Shown: positions 13,521 to 25,632 of the stretch, piece by piece
How the letters are laid out: each line of letters begins with the position of its first letter
How positions within the stretch are numbered: the stretch's first letter is position 1
DNA from: Octopus sinensis
Taxonomy: Eukaryota
DNA: 64,000 bases
Direction: 5' to 3'
Assembly (NCBI RefSeq): GCF_006345805.1
Contig: NC_043013.1
Span: 29,016,001-29,080,000, forward strand
The notes under the pieces: model-generated
What the model was told of the DNA's origin: nothing
Seen by the model: only the letters and a program-made list of their open reading frames with translations
Databases searched by the model: none
Made by a program: the position numbers and the translations under genes

Positions 13521-16426
13521 TACTCTATTTTTTCTTTGGTTTTTTTTAAAAATTTTTATTTTATGTCAGTGATATTATAGTATGCTTGCTATTTGTTTCA
13601 GCCAAGCTTGCCATCCCAAATATTGTATAACAGAACCTGATGCAATAACTAAGTATTTAGCATTCAGATTCCTCTGTCAAATGTAATGCTTATTTATCCA
13701 GTCGTTTAGGATTAATCATGCATCATCTCACAGCTGTAAGAGTTCGATGATGCGATTGTTTATGTTTACAAAAGCATTGTAGGGTAGGTATGAGAGGCCA
13801 GATCTGGTGAGTAAAACAGAATATTCAGACTGGATATGGCCGGTTTAAATACCAAAAGGTTAACCAGCATTTTAGCTGAACTATTTGCATCTCTTCCAAT
13901 TCTTTACATTCTGAGTTCAAATCCTGCTGAAGTCAACTTTTCTTTCATCCTTTTAGGGTTGACAAAATAAGTAACCAGGGGTGTATGTTATTGACTTACT
14001 CCCCACCATTCAAGACTGCTGGCCTTGTGTCAAAATTTAAAGTGATTATTTTTATTCGGCAGAATTGTTGGTGTTGAATAAAATGCCTTGTGATATTTAC
14101 TTAAGTCCCTTTACATTCTGTTGATACATTTGAGCGAAACCCTTGAAGATGGTGCCCCACCATGGATGTGTCTCAATCAGTGACGGCTCGTGTATAGGCA
14201 CTGTGGAACTGCAGCACCCTCTATTTCCACTCAGTATAATCGATAACATTTAATATAATGAGTCCTTTTTTCTTTAATTCTTTCTTTATACTTGTACATT
14301 ATATAATCCTTAAGCTTAATGTCAGTAGCCATCCCCTAGTTTATGAAAAAAATACAAAAATCCTTGTATAGAACTTTGTGCCTCAGTTTCAGCCACACGA
14401 TGTTTGGCTGTTGTGCGCATGCTCACATGTCCGAGATAGGAAGCTTCATGCTAGGGAGAAAGAGCACTGCGTGAATGACAGTGCTATTCTTGGTGTTTCG
14501 GTGAAGGGTAGTGTTTCTTTTTGACTCCGTGTGTTGTGCTTAAAAACGTATTTATATTCTTGAATGTGATAAAGTGTAGAATTAGATTATTATCCTGCTT
14601 CCAGCTTCAGTGTTGCTGCTAGGATTTGAAAATTCCCCCTTGTTTTGTGATTTAGGGGGTATTTTTGAGAAACAAGAGGGAATTTGCGGCTGTGTTCAGT
14701 GAACAAATTAAATGCAAACCCGGTAGTGGCTAAAACGCGAACTGATCAAGTTTATGTATAAATTGTATAAATTTTCTTTTTATATGTTTGTTTGCTTTTA
14801 CACAATATTAAAACAACGGCTAGAAATTTTCTGGAGCAGCACCCACATTAATATTATCTCCAAGCTGCCACTGGTCTCAATGATTGAAGCCAGTAAAAAG
14901 ATAAGAAATGGTACAAATAAAGAATTATGTCAAAGAGCAAAGACCAGAAGAAAATAATTGAAATGAATGTCGGTTTTTAATCTACTTGAAATTTATGGAT
15001 TATCTAATAATTAGCAAGAACTTAATGATTACATTGCTCAGAGGTTAATTAAACAGCTGCTAATCAATACCGACGAGTGTTTCCATTTCATTTTGTTCTA
15101 ATACTCTATTTAATTCTGACTTCAATTTGATGGGTAAATAAATTTTGATATTTATATGAATTATTGACACAAAAGAGTCACAGTTCTCTCTCTCTCTCTC
15201 TCATCATCATCATCATTTAATAGCTGTCTTCCATACTGGCATGGGTTGAATGGTTTATCAGGAGCTGGCAAGATGGAGAGCTGCTCTAGACTCTGCTGTC
15301 TGTTTTAGCACGGTTCCTATGGCTGAATGCTCTTCCTAAAGCCAACCACTTTAGAGAGTGTACTGGGTGCTTTTTATGTGGTACCAGCGCATGTGCTTCT
15401 GATGTTGCACCAACATCAGTTGGGTCGCCAAGTAACTTGCATGACTGGGAGAAGGAGTGGAACCGATGGCAGAAGCTCAATGTCAGGTGAGAGGTTAGAG
15501 TGCATTAGGGGGATAGAGATAGGTGTCTTACTGTAGAAACTTACTGGTTGAAACTGCTTCTGGATCTGAGTACAAATGTTTTGTTTTCATAAGTTTTGAA
15601 TTAAAATCTTCCACCAAACCTTAGTCACAATCTATGTTCCTAACACTGGCTTAATGATAACTAAGGTTATTTTACTAAATTCTTTGTTATATTTAAGATT
15701 GAAAGAAACACAGAGCTTCTCAAAATAAAATACAGTAATGAAAGGGTTAAATGTTGAGGTGTTAAGTGTTCACAGTATGGATAAATGATTGCAATTGGCT
15801 TTGCAAATTTATCAAAGAAAGAAAGGAAGAATGTATGATAAGAACAGTGTGGGTGAGACTGGGAGGAGGAATATTGCTAAGAAGCATGATTATTGAAAAA
15901 CTGGCCAAGTTAGGCAGGACGACTAAGTAACGACATGATGAAACTCTAAGGTGGAAGCATGGTTGGGGAAGAAATACTGTTGCCTAGAAACATCATATGT
16001 CTCGGAGCTTGAAATTGGTTATTAAGCTAATGAGGTGATTTTTTTTTTTATGGTACTTCTCTCCAAAATCTCTAATTAATGTTAGAAGTGTTTCAGATGA
16101 ACAAAGGAAATAGGGGCTTGTTAGAAAGCTGACCATTTTGTTTATACTGGTTCAGTTTCAAGAACAAAGTCTTAAAGAATTTGTTTTTGTTTGTTTATTT
16201 TTGCCAATTATATTTGGTTTTAGGGAACAGTTGTGAAGGAAATTGACTGTGCCAAAAGATATTTCTTTGGATAAATGCCATTAAATTAGACTGAGAAAAC
16301 TTTTGCTGTGTTAAGATGAAATTTTCTGTTTTCATCCTTCTTTCCCTTCAGCATTTAAGGAAGAACGAAATTGTTAAAGGACTTTACTGCTGCTTATTAT
16401 TATTATTGTTGTTGTTGTTGTTGTTA

Positions 16427-17105
16427 AGGTGGTGAGCTGGCAGAATCAATAGCATTCTGCATGAAATGTCTAGTGGCGTTTTGTCCATCCCTATGTCCTG
16501 AGTTCAAATTCTGCCAAGGTCGACTTTGCCTTTCATCCTTTTGGGATCAATAAATTAAGTACCAGTGAAACACTGGAGTCAAATTCCAAGTGTTGTGCCT
16601 ATAGTAGAAATGGTTATTATTATTGTTGTTGTTAAAGTGGTGAGCTGGCAGAATCGTTAGCACACTGGGTGAAATGCTTAGGGGTATTTCGTCCACTGCT
16701 ATGTTCTGAGTTCAAATTCCGCTGAGGTCGACTTTGCCTTTCATCCTTTCGGGGTTGATGAAATAAGTACTAGTCAAGCACTGGAGTTGATGTAATTGAC
16801 TGAACTCCCTCCCCTCAAATGTCAGGCCTAGTGCCTACAGTAGAAAGGAATATTATTGTTATTGTTATTCTTCTTTTTATTATTATTATTAAGGTGGCTA
16901 GCTAGCAGAATCATTAGCATGCTGGGCAAAATTCTCAGCGGCATTTCGTTCATCTTTATATTCTCAGTTCAAATTCTGTTTAGGTAGACTTTGCCTTTCA
17001 TTCTTTCGGGGTCGATAAATTAAGTACCAGTCAAGTACTGGGGTCGATGTGATCGACTAACCCCCTCCCCCAAAATTGCAGACCTTGTGCCTATAGTAGA
17101 AAAGA
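16427..17105 (+). mobile_element. Three head-to-tail SINE 'A' copies separated by (TTA/TTG)n
   Basis: Starts at ~16427, ~16635 and ~16891. Confidence 0.85.
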
Positions 17106-17111
17106 TTATTA

Positions 17112-17472
17112 TTACCTTCACCTTAGTGAAGGCGGTGGTATTGTTTTCAGTCGCGTTTGTTTGTTTGTTTGTTTGTCTGTGGACAAGATATCTCAAGAAT
17201 TGCTGGATGGATTTGGATGAAACTTCCAGGGATGTTTGGCCTCATGACTGGCACGAACTGATTAGATTTTGGGACCGATCTAGATTCTGGATTATTTTTC
17301 CAGTTTTTTTTTACTTAATTTTTGAGAGTAGTTGGGTTCATTTGTATTATTCTTGTTTGTGAGAGCAGTCAAGTTTATTTCAGATATCCTCATTTTAAAA
17401 GTCATCTATGGGTTAATCATTGAGAGCACATTGGTGTTGCCTTGGCAGAAGTTTGCTCTCTCTGAGTGGTCT
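17112..17472 (+). mobile_element. Helentron-associated non-autonomous element (HINE/DINE-1-like)
   Basis: 5' ACCTTCACC..AAGGCGGTGGT hairpin, (GTTT)n microsatellite, 3' subterminal IR CCTTGGCAGAAGT and a terminal GC.CTC-tct-GAGTG hairpin. Confidence 0.7.
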
Positions 17473-17477
17473 CATCA

Positions 17478-17504
<27 letters not shown>

Positions 17505-17509
<5 letters not shown>

Positions 17510-18506
17510 GTATTGTATTGTATTGGCATCCTTTCTGTCTCGGGAGACAATGGAGTTGCGCATGAAGTAGTCTAGTCCGGCTTTTATATTTCATGTCCTG
17601 ATACATTTCCTGCTGTGGCTGTGTAGTCCTATCCTGGACAAACACTCCCTCTGGCAGGTACCGCAAATGTAGCGAAGACTGTTCCTGGCTGGTTGTAGTG
17701 CCATAGTCTCTTGTTTACGTCTCTTCCTTTCTTTCCATTTCTCCTCTCTCTCTCTGTCACTCCTTTGTATTCCCTCTTTTACTGTACGTTGCCATTCTCC
17801 ACGGTTGCCGGCAACTGCCTCCCAACCGCTAATATTGATGTTGCAGGCCTTCATGTCCCTTTTGCAAACATCCTTGTAACGTAAGATTGGTCTACCCACA
17901 GACCTAGTACTCCTAGCAAGCTCACTGTAGAGTATGTCCTTGGGGATATGATTCTGCCATTTGATGCGAAGGATTTTCCGGAGGCAGCGCAGGTGAAAGA
18001 TGTTTAGGCGACGCTCTTGGCGTGTGTATAGCGTCCAGGTCTCACTTCCATACAGTAGAGTGCTGAGTACACATGCCTGGTAGATCTTCATTTACGTGGT
18101 CTTGGTCGGCTTATTGTTGTCCCAAGCCCGTTTGGAGAGTTGGGCCATCGCAGCAGCTGCCTTGCCAATGCGTATATTGAGCTCAGCGTCAAGGGATAGG
18201 TTGTAGGTGACGGTAGAGCCCAGATAGGTAAACTTCTCCACCTCTTGTAATCTGTGGTCTCCAATATGTATGTTTGGGATGTCCGATGTAGCCTGGCCCA
18301 TGATGTTGGTCTTCTTAAGGCTGATAGCTAAGCCAAAGTCGTTACATGCTTGCTCAAAACAGTTAATGAGCCTTTGGAGGGCTTCTTCTGTGTGTGTTAA
18401 CAGAGCGGCATCATCAGCAAATAACATCTCCTTGATCAGACGTTTCTGATTTTGGTCTTGGCACGCAGGTGTGAGAGATTGAACAGTTTCCCGTCACTTC
18501 CCGTCA
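17505..18506 (-). mobile_element. 5'-truncated, disrupted RTE-clade LINE (RT C-terminal half, C-terminal zinc-finger-like motif, (CAATA)n tail)
   Basis: MLFADD, FTYLGS, LLYGSETW and CGTC..SRIGLHSH; in-frame TAA at 18092; internal deletion; short 3'UTR followed by (tattg)n on the + strand. Confidence 0.93.
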
Positions 18507-18542
<36 letters not shown>

Positions 18543-21128
18543 GTTATTGTTGTTTGACCATAACCGGTTGAGCATGTCCCTTAGTGGCTGACGATATGTG
18601 CATCTCTGATCACGAGCTGAAGTAGTGGGGGAGCATCATAGCCATGTGTTGAGAGGGATTCTTTGGGGTTTGAATAATTCACCTCTGGAAACATGAGTGG
18701 TTCTTTCAACATCCTTAAACAACCCTTATTCAGGGACCTTTTGAGCGGGATGGGCTACTCAACCTGAAGAAAATTATAACTGGGCCCCCACCTGCAAGGT
18801 CATGTGCTGTTTATCTTGATATGAGATCACCATGTCGTGCACATATGGTTGTGATGCATGTGCCTGGTGTACCCTTATGAGACGGGTAGTCATGATGGGT
18901 ATATTGGGCTTCGTATATTTTACCCCAGTGTCACTTTGATGGCATGAACTGCTCTCTCACTCAATAATAATAATAATAATAATAATAGTGGTGAGCTAGC
19001 AGAATGCTTAGTGTAATTTCTTCTAGTTAACTTTGCCTTTCCTACGTTTGAGGGGTTGATAAAATAAAGTACTAGTAAAGTACTAGGGGTTATAATTGTC
19101 TTGCCTTCTTTCAAATTCCTGACCTACGGCTGACAGAATTATTATTGCATCTGAAAAATTGCTTAGCAGTGTCTCTTCTGTTTTTATGTTCTGAGTTCAA
19201 ATTCCACTGAGATTGACTTTGTCTTTCATTCTTATAAGAATTGATGAATTAAGTACCAGTTGAGCTTTGGGGGTCAATGTAATTGACTGTACCGTTCCCT
19301 CAAAATTTCAGACCTTTTACCTTTAGAAGAAAGGGTTATTACTGTTATTATCATATATTGATCTTTGGCTTTTCATTGTTTGAGTTTTCATGAGTAAAGG
19401 AGAAATTTGGGAAAATAAACCACAAAAGCCATAAAATATTTCAGCTCAGAGCAGCTGTTGGCACTTTAACAAAAATCTGAACATCTGAATGAAGAATGTC
19501 TTAAGTAGAGGTGAAATAGCTGAGTGATATTCAAGCCCATTGGTTTTGAATTAAAATACACTGAAATTGTTTTGTGGTGTATGTTTGTTGAAGATTTAAT
19601 TATATATACTTTAGCTCAATAAGCTGTCAGAAGTTGAAATTGGATTCACTGGGAATGTTACACCTGCTAAATTGGTGTATCATTTTGTGAGAATTGGAGC
19701 CAGGCCCTAGTTCTGGTTTCTAGAACTGTTTGCACTTTTATAAGCTCTCTCATCTGCAGTCCAGTACCACTGTTTGGTCTCGAGTAACTTAGACTGCATT
19801 CAGTAAAAGGCCATCTGTCTGATTTCATCATTTTCATCATCATCATTGTTTTAATGTCCACTATTCCATGATTGCATGAATCAGATGGGGTTTACTGAGG
19901 CAGATTTTCTATAGGCTGGAAGTTCTTCTTGTCACCAACCTTCATCTATATCAAGTAAAGTAATATTTCCCATGACCCGACTTGTTTTTGCAGAATATTG
20001 AAATTGAACAACACTGCTTGTATGACACTCATTTACAACAATCATGTGATTTCATGACAAAGAGAGAGACACACACACACACACACACACACTGTGTTTC
20101 TACTAAATTTACTCACAAGGCTTTGATCAGCCCTGGGCTCTAGAAAAAGTCACTCATGCAAGATGCTGCTCAGTGGAACTGAACTTGGGAACATGTGGTT
20201 AAGAAGCAAATTTCTTAACCACGCAATCTGCCCAATTCAGAAAATGTTGGTCTGTTGCATGTAACTCTTCTCCAGGAAAGAGTTGAATTCAATGCTGCAA
20301 GCTAATAAACCTCTTTTAAATTCCAAAGTACTACTCCTGCTTATATTAGTGAAGCATATGCAATTTTTACTTTGAGGTTGGTGCAGTCACCCGTAAAAAG
20401 TATCTTGGTAATGGAACCCAATGAGACACTAGTGACAGACTATGAACCGGTAATGACCTCTTTACCTTTTGTTTGGTGCCTCATTGAATCAGCCTTTTAT
20501 ATTGTCATTCAAGAAAGTTGTTAACACTTCATGTGACACAAGACTTAAGCTGTTTTTTATAACTGAACATATAACCCTATGATAGATGATGATATCACTG
20601 CTACGGCTGGAATAGCTGCATTATGGCTAACGAACCTGTCTTTTCTAATTGCTTTCCATTTATTAGCTGAGGCTGCAACCCCACCTCCTCATCATCAAGA
20701 CTGACAAAAAAAAAAAATCTATATTATCATTCTACTGCAGTAACAGTTTAACTTTGGAACAAAACTGAAGACATAATTTATAATACGCACGGCATTTATT
20801 TATAGCACTCATAATGCCAATGCAATTCACTGATAAACTATTGTATTATTATTTATATTACTATTTATATTATTTATACTATTTGTGAGACTAATAAATA
20901 TTTTTAAATGACATGCACATATACACACGCGTGTAAGCAAAAGATATGACAAAAGGGGGGAAAGATGGTTATGTTATGAACTTCATAACATTACCATCAC
21001 TTTCCTTTGTCATCTCTTTTTCTTATATTGCTCTATACTCATCTTAACACTCTGTTCTGAAACATACGTGTATTGAGTTCTACACCAGGTTATTGCCTCA
21101 CAATACCTAAGCGAAATATATATATATA

Positions 21129-21345
21129 TCACTTTGATCACTTTGACCGACCAGTCCGTCAGGCGTCCATTTGACGCCGCTGGTCACAGCACGCTGTCCA
21201 CTCCTCTCTGGATCGTGCCCCTCTCATCCACGTGATCCCAATCATCCTCTTGAAATTGTCACTCCACCGTCGTGGAGGTCTTCCGAGTGGTTTTTTCCGC
21301 TCACACGGGTACCACTCGACAACTGCGTGCATCCACCGATTATTA
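21129..21345 (-). mobile_element. 3' end of a third RTE-type LINE
   Basis: The minus strand reads NRWMHAVVEWYPCERKKPLGRPPRRWSD..., followed by a short tail ending in a TA microsatellite. Confidence 0.8.
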
Positions 21346-21365
21346 AATAATAATAATATATATAT

Positions 21366-21397
<32 letters not shown>

Positions 21398-21408
21398 AAT
21401 TATATATA

Positions 21409-21763
21409 TCATCATTATCGTCGTCGTTTAATGTCTTCTTTCCCTGCTAGCATGGGTTGGACGATTTGACTGAGGACTGACGAACCAGATGGCTGCACCA
21501 CACTCCAATCTGATCTGGCAGAGTTTCTACAGCTGGATGCCCTTCCTAATTCCAACCACTCCGACAGTGTAGTGGCTGCTTTTATGTGCCAATGGCACGA
21601 GGGCCAGTCCAGCGGCACTGGCAACAACCTCGCTCGAATGCTTTTTCACGTGCCGCCGGCACAGAAGCCAGTCAGCTGCTCTGGCAACGATCGCGCTCGA
21701 ATGGTGCTCTTAGCGCTCCACTGGCATGGGTGCCAGTCATCGAATTTGATTCGATTTTGATTT
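21409..21763 (-). mobile_element. 'C' family copy extending 5' to the (CAAAT)n spacer
   Basis: Same body as the other copies; ends in ttgattcgattttgattt, like 38443-38482. Confidence 0.85.
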
Positions 21764-22157
21764 ATATATATATATATATTCTTAATACTTTTATTTGTTT
21801 CTGTCATTTGACTGTGGCCATGCTGGAGCACCACCTTTAGTTGAAGAAATTGACCCCAGGACTTATACTTTGTAAGCCTAGTACTTATTCTATCGGTCTC
21901 TTTTGCCGAACCACTAAGTTACAGGGATGTAAACACACCAGCATCGGTTATCAAGTGATGGTGAGGAGACAAACACAGACACACAAACACACTCACACAC
22001 ACACATAACGGGCTTCTTTCAGTTTCCTTCTACCAAATCCACATACAAGGCTTTGGTCAGCCTGAGGCTATAATAGACGACACCTGCCCAAAGTGCCACG
22101 CAGTGGGACTGAACCCAGAACCATGTGGTTGGTAAGCAAGCTACTTACCATGCACCT

Positions 22158-22285
22158 GAGTCTCTTGATGAAAGTCCAAGTCGGAGATCCATATACAAGC
22201 ACAGATTCAACAACTGCTCTGAAGAACTGTCTCTTCAGTTTATCTGGTAGGGTTGACTTCCATATTGTTCTAAGACCATGCAAGA
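22158..22285 (-). mobile_element. RTE-like RT fragment
   Basis: LKRQFFRAVVESVLVYGSPTW resembles the post-RT LLYGSETW region. Confidence 0.65.
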
Positions 22286-22393
22286 TCTAATATCTTTATA
22301 ATGTTCAAAAAAGATATTATACAGCATACAAAGTAATAATAAAGATTTCTTAAAGGTTTACCAATATAGTTGTGCCAGAGTTTGTCTTCCGAT

Positions 22394-22401
22394 TGACGTC
22401 A
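22394..22401. promoter_or_regulatory. Perfect palindromic CRE (TGACGTCA)
   Basis: Exact motif in non-repeat sequence, with CCAAT at 22361 and TATATAAAA at 22423. Function is unproven. Confidence 0.4.
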
Positions 22402-22589
22402 GTTGTCTTATTCTTGACTGTGTATATAAAACTAACCTGGACTGAATGTAAGCTACGTTGTACGTTGACAACTTGCAATAAAATGACAGATAGTGATTAG
22501 AAGTCAGATCAATTGAATAATAACATAAATGTAACTATTATAAAAAAAAAACCCAACAAAATTCCCTCTCTTGCAGATGATGTGAATAT

Positions 22590-22822
22590 TTATTTCTTTA
22601 TTGCCCACAGGGGGCTAAACATAGAAGGGAGAAACAAGGACAGAGAAAGGGATTAAGTCAATTGCATCGACCACAGTGCGTAACTGGTACTTATTTAATT
22701 GACTCCCGAAAGGATTAAAGGCAAAGTTGACCTTGGTGGAATTTGAACTCAGAACGTAATGGCAACTGAAATACCGCTAAGCATTTTGCCCAGCATGCTA
22801 ATGATTCTGTCAGCTTACTACC
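22590..22822 (-). mobile_element. SINE 'A', the only clear minus-strand copy
   Basis: Reverse complement of the A consensus. Confidence 0.8.
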
Positions 22823-23008
22823 CTACATGATATGAATATTATTAATGCACAGGAGTGGCTGTGTGGTAAGTAGCTTGCTTACAAACCACATGGTTCCAGG
22901 TTCAGTCCCACTGCATGGCACCTTGGGCAAGTGTCTTCTACTGTAGCCTTGGGCCGACCAAAGCCTTGTGAGTGGATTTGGTAGACGGAAACTGAAAGCA
23001 GCCTGTCG

Positions 23009-23070
<62 letters not shown>

Positions 23071-23286
23071 ATATGTTTGTGTCTATGTTTGTCCCCCCAA
23101 CATCCCTTGACAACCGATACTGGTGTGTTTATGTCCCCGTCACTTAGCAGTTCGGCAAGAGAGACCAATAGAATAAGTACTAGGCTTACAAAGAATAAGT
23201 CCAGGGATCGATTTGCTCGACTAAAGGCATTGCTCCAGTATGGCCACAGTCAAGTGACTGAAATAAATAAAGGAATAAAAGAGAAA

Positions 23287-23735
23287 ATGGTGAACTGACA
23301 GAATTGTTAGCATGCTGGGCAAAATGCTTCGCGACATTTCTTCTATCTTTACATTCTGAGTTCAAATGCTGCCAAGATCAACTTTGCTATTCATCCTTTC
23401 GGGGTCGATAAACTAAATATCAGCTGCACACTGGGGTTGATGTAATTGACTTACCCCCTCCCTCGAAATTGCTGGCCTTGTATCAAAATTTGAAATGAAT
23501 ATTATTAACAAAGTTTGTGAGCTGATAGAATCATTAACACTCAGAAGAAAATACTTGGCAGTGTTTTGTCTGTCTTGATGTTCTGAGTTCAAATACCACT
23601 GAGGTCGACTTTGCCTTTCATCCTACCAGGGTCAATAAAATAAGTACCAGTTAAACACTTGGAGTTGATGTAAACAACTTACACCCTTTCCCTCCTCTGA
23701 AATTGCTGGTTTTATGTCAAAATTTGCAACAAAAT
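23287..23735 (+). mobile_element. Two tandem SINE 'A' copies
   Basis: Starts at ~23287 and ~23515. Confidence 0.8.
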
Positions 23736-24679
23736 GTTATTAACAATAACTCTTCTGAGAGGTTTTTATATTGAAGGTTGATACCAGTGCTCCCTGTTTG
23801 GCTCCTGTGCTGGTGGCACATAAAAAGCACCTTCTAAACGTGGTCAATGCCAGTGCCCCCTGACTGGCTCCCATGCTGGTGGCAAGTAAAAAGCACCCAC
23901 TACACTCTCGGAGTGATTGGCGTTAGGAAGGGCATCTAGATCTAGAAACATTGCCAGATCAGATTGGAGCCTCGTGCATCCTCTTGGCTTGCCAGTCCTC
24001 AGTCAAACTGCCCAACCCATGCTAGCAAAGAAAACGGATGTTAAACGACGACGATGATGATGATGGAACAATAGTTATTTTTATTATTAGTTCACATTTT
24101 TTGGAAATTTTAACAAGTATTCATTCAAATATATCCACTCAAATTTTCATTGCCCTTAACTGCGGAAAGCATTATTATACACTAATCTGTTGCCATTGAG
24201 GAACGTCATGTCTGAAAATACATTTTGTTACTTTAAGGCAATGTGACTCACAGAAAATACTAATTCTAATTTTTTTCATAGATATTCAACATTACTGGAA
24301 TAACCATGAAATTTAATTTCACAGCTAAGGGTTAAACCAAAAATATTTCTTGGCATTCTACAGAATTTTTTATAAAAAAAAAGTAATTTGAAGTCGAATG
24401 TTTTAATTCTTTTTTCCTCTTTAGATAAATAGTTGTGCTGACACAGGAATGAATAAATTGAATATTTGCAAACTGATTGGATAATCTTAAGAAAATTATA
24501 GTTCTATGTAGATCACAAGAACTCTTAACTGTTATGGTACTTTTGAGGTCATAGAGTAGAAAATGCTTTTGTGAGTCAGACAAACTTGAAACTAACAATG
24601 TTTGTGTGTCTTTCTAAGGCCCACAACTAAACAGATTTAATGACAAAGTGTTTCACCTTATAACTTGTACAGTCAGTAA

Positions 24680-24910
24680 TTAACCCTTTTATTACCATAT
24701 TTCTTTTAAAATATTCTACATTTGTTTTGGTTAATTTTTAAAATAATGAAGAATTTAGTCAAGCAACAGTTATTATTAAGCTAGTGTTTAGAACAGAAAT
24801 TAACATAAAATTTTGATGAAAGCTTTTAATTTAGATCTCTTTAAACAGGAAGTTTGTATCTTAGAACCAGGAAGGGGTGGTTTCAGGTGGGTTGGTATCA
24901 AAAGGGTTAA
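24680..24910. mobile_element. piggyBac-like MITE 'D' (TTAA-CCCTTTT..TACC / GGTATCAAAAGGG-TTAA)
   Basis: TTAA TSD and TIRs. Other copies: ~15545-15750, 37670-37950, 40255-40342. Confidence 0.8.
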
Positions 24911-24994
24911 TGTGTGTGTCTATGTGTGTGTTAGATCCCAGTAATCTAGCAGTATGACAGAGATAAATAGAGAAAATAAATACATGGTCGATAT

Positions 24995-25225
24995 GCGGCG
25001 AGCTGGCAGAAACGTTAGCACGCCGGGCGAAATGCGTAGCCGTATTTCGTCTGCCGTTACGTCCTGAGTTCAAATTCCGCCGAGGTCGACTTTGCCTTTC
25101 ATCCTTTCGGGGTCGATAAATTAAGTACCAGTTACGCACTGGGGTCGATGTAATCGACTTAATCCATTTGTCTGTCCTTGTTTGTCCCATCTGTGTTTAG
25201 CCCCTTGTGGGTAGTAAAGAAATAG
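24995..25225 (+). mobile_element. Young SINE 'A' copy (CpGs intact)
   Basis: Near-consensus and very similar to 250-480. Further copies at ~13870, 18988, 19130, 27270, 33662 and 63055. Confidence 0.9.
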
Positions 25226-25538
25226 ATATACTTAAAACTCTTCAAGGTGAAAACCCAGCATGGCCACAGTGCAATAGCTGAAGGATAAACAGTTGTAAAA
25301 ATGATTTTAGTTCAACCGAATTGAAATGTCAGAGGCAGTAAAAGAAACAAAGAAAAAAAAAAAGAAAAAAATGTGAAAAATATAGTTTTGGAAATGTTTC
25401 ATTTTACCTTTTGATGTCACTGTTTGAGACTGGTCACCCTTTTAATATATTGGTGTTTGTCTTCTTTTATATTCATGCAGGTCAACCATAGTGTAGCTGT
25501 CAATTTGCTCTCATCTTTCACATACCCATGTGTGTTAG

Positions 25539-25592
25539 ATGATGAGTGAAGATGAAAAACCTTTTGTATGTTCATCTCCAGGATGTGGGATG
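25539..25592 (+). CDS. ATF7: ATF2/7 coding exon 1 (MMSEDEKPFVCSSPGCGM)
   Basis: ATG at 25539; donor GTAAGT at 25593, phase 0. A pyrimidine-rich acceptor (..attcatgcag) ends at 25480 and an alternative ttag ends at 25538, implying at least one upstream non-coding exon. Confidence 0.95.
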
Positions 25593-25600
25593 GTAAGTAC

Positions 25601-25632
<32 letters not shown>

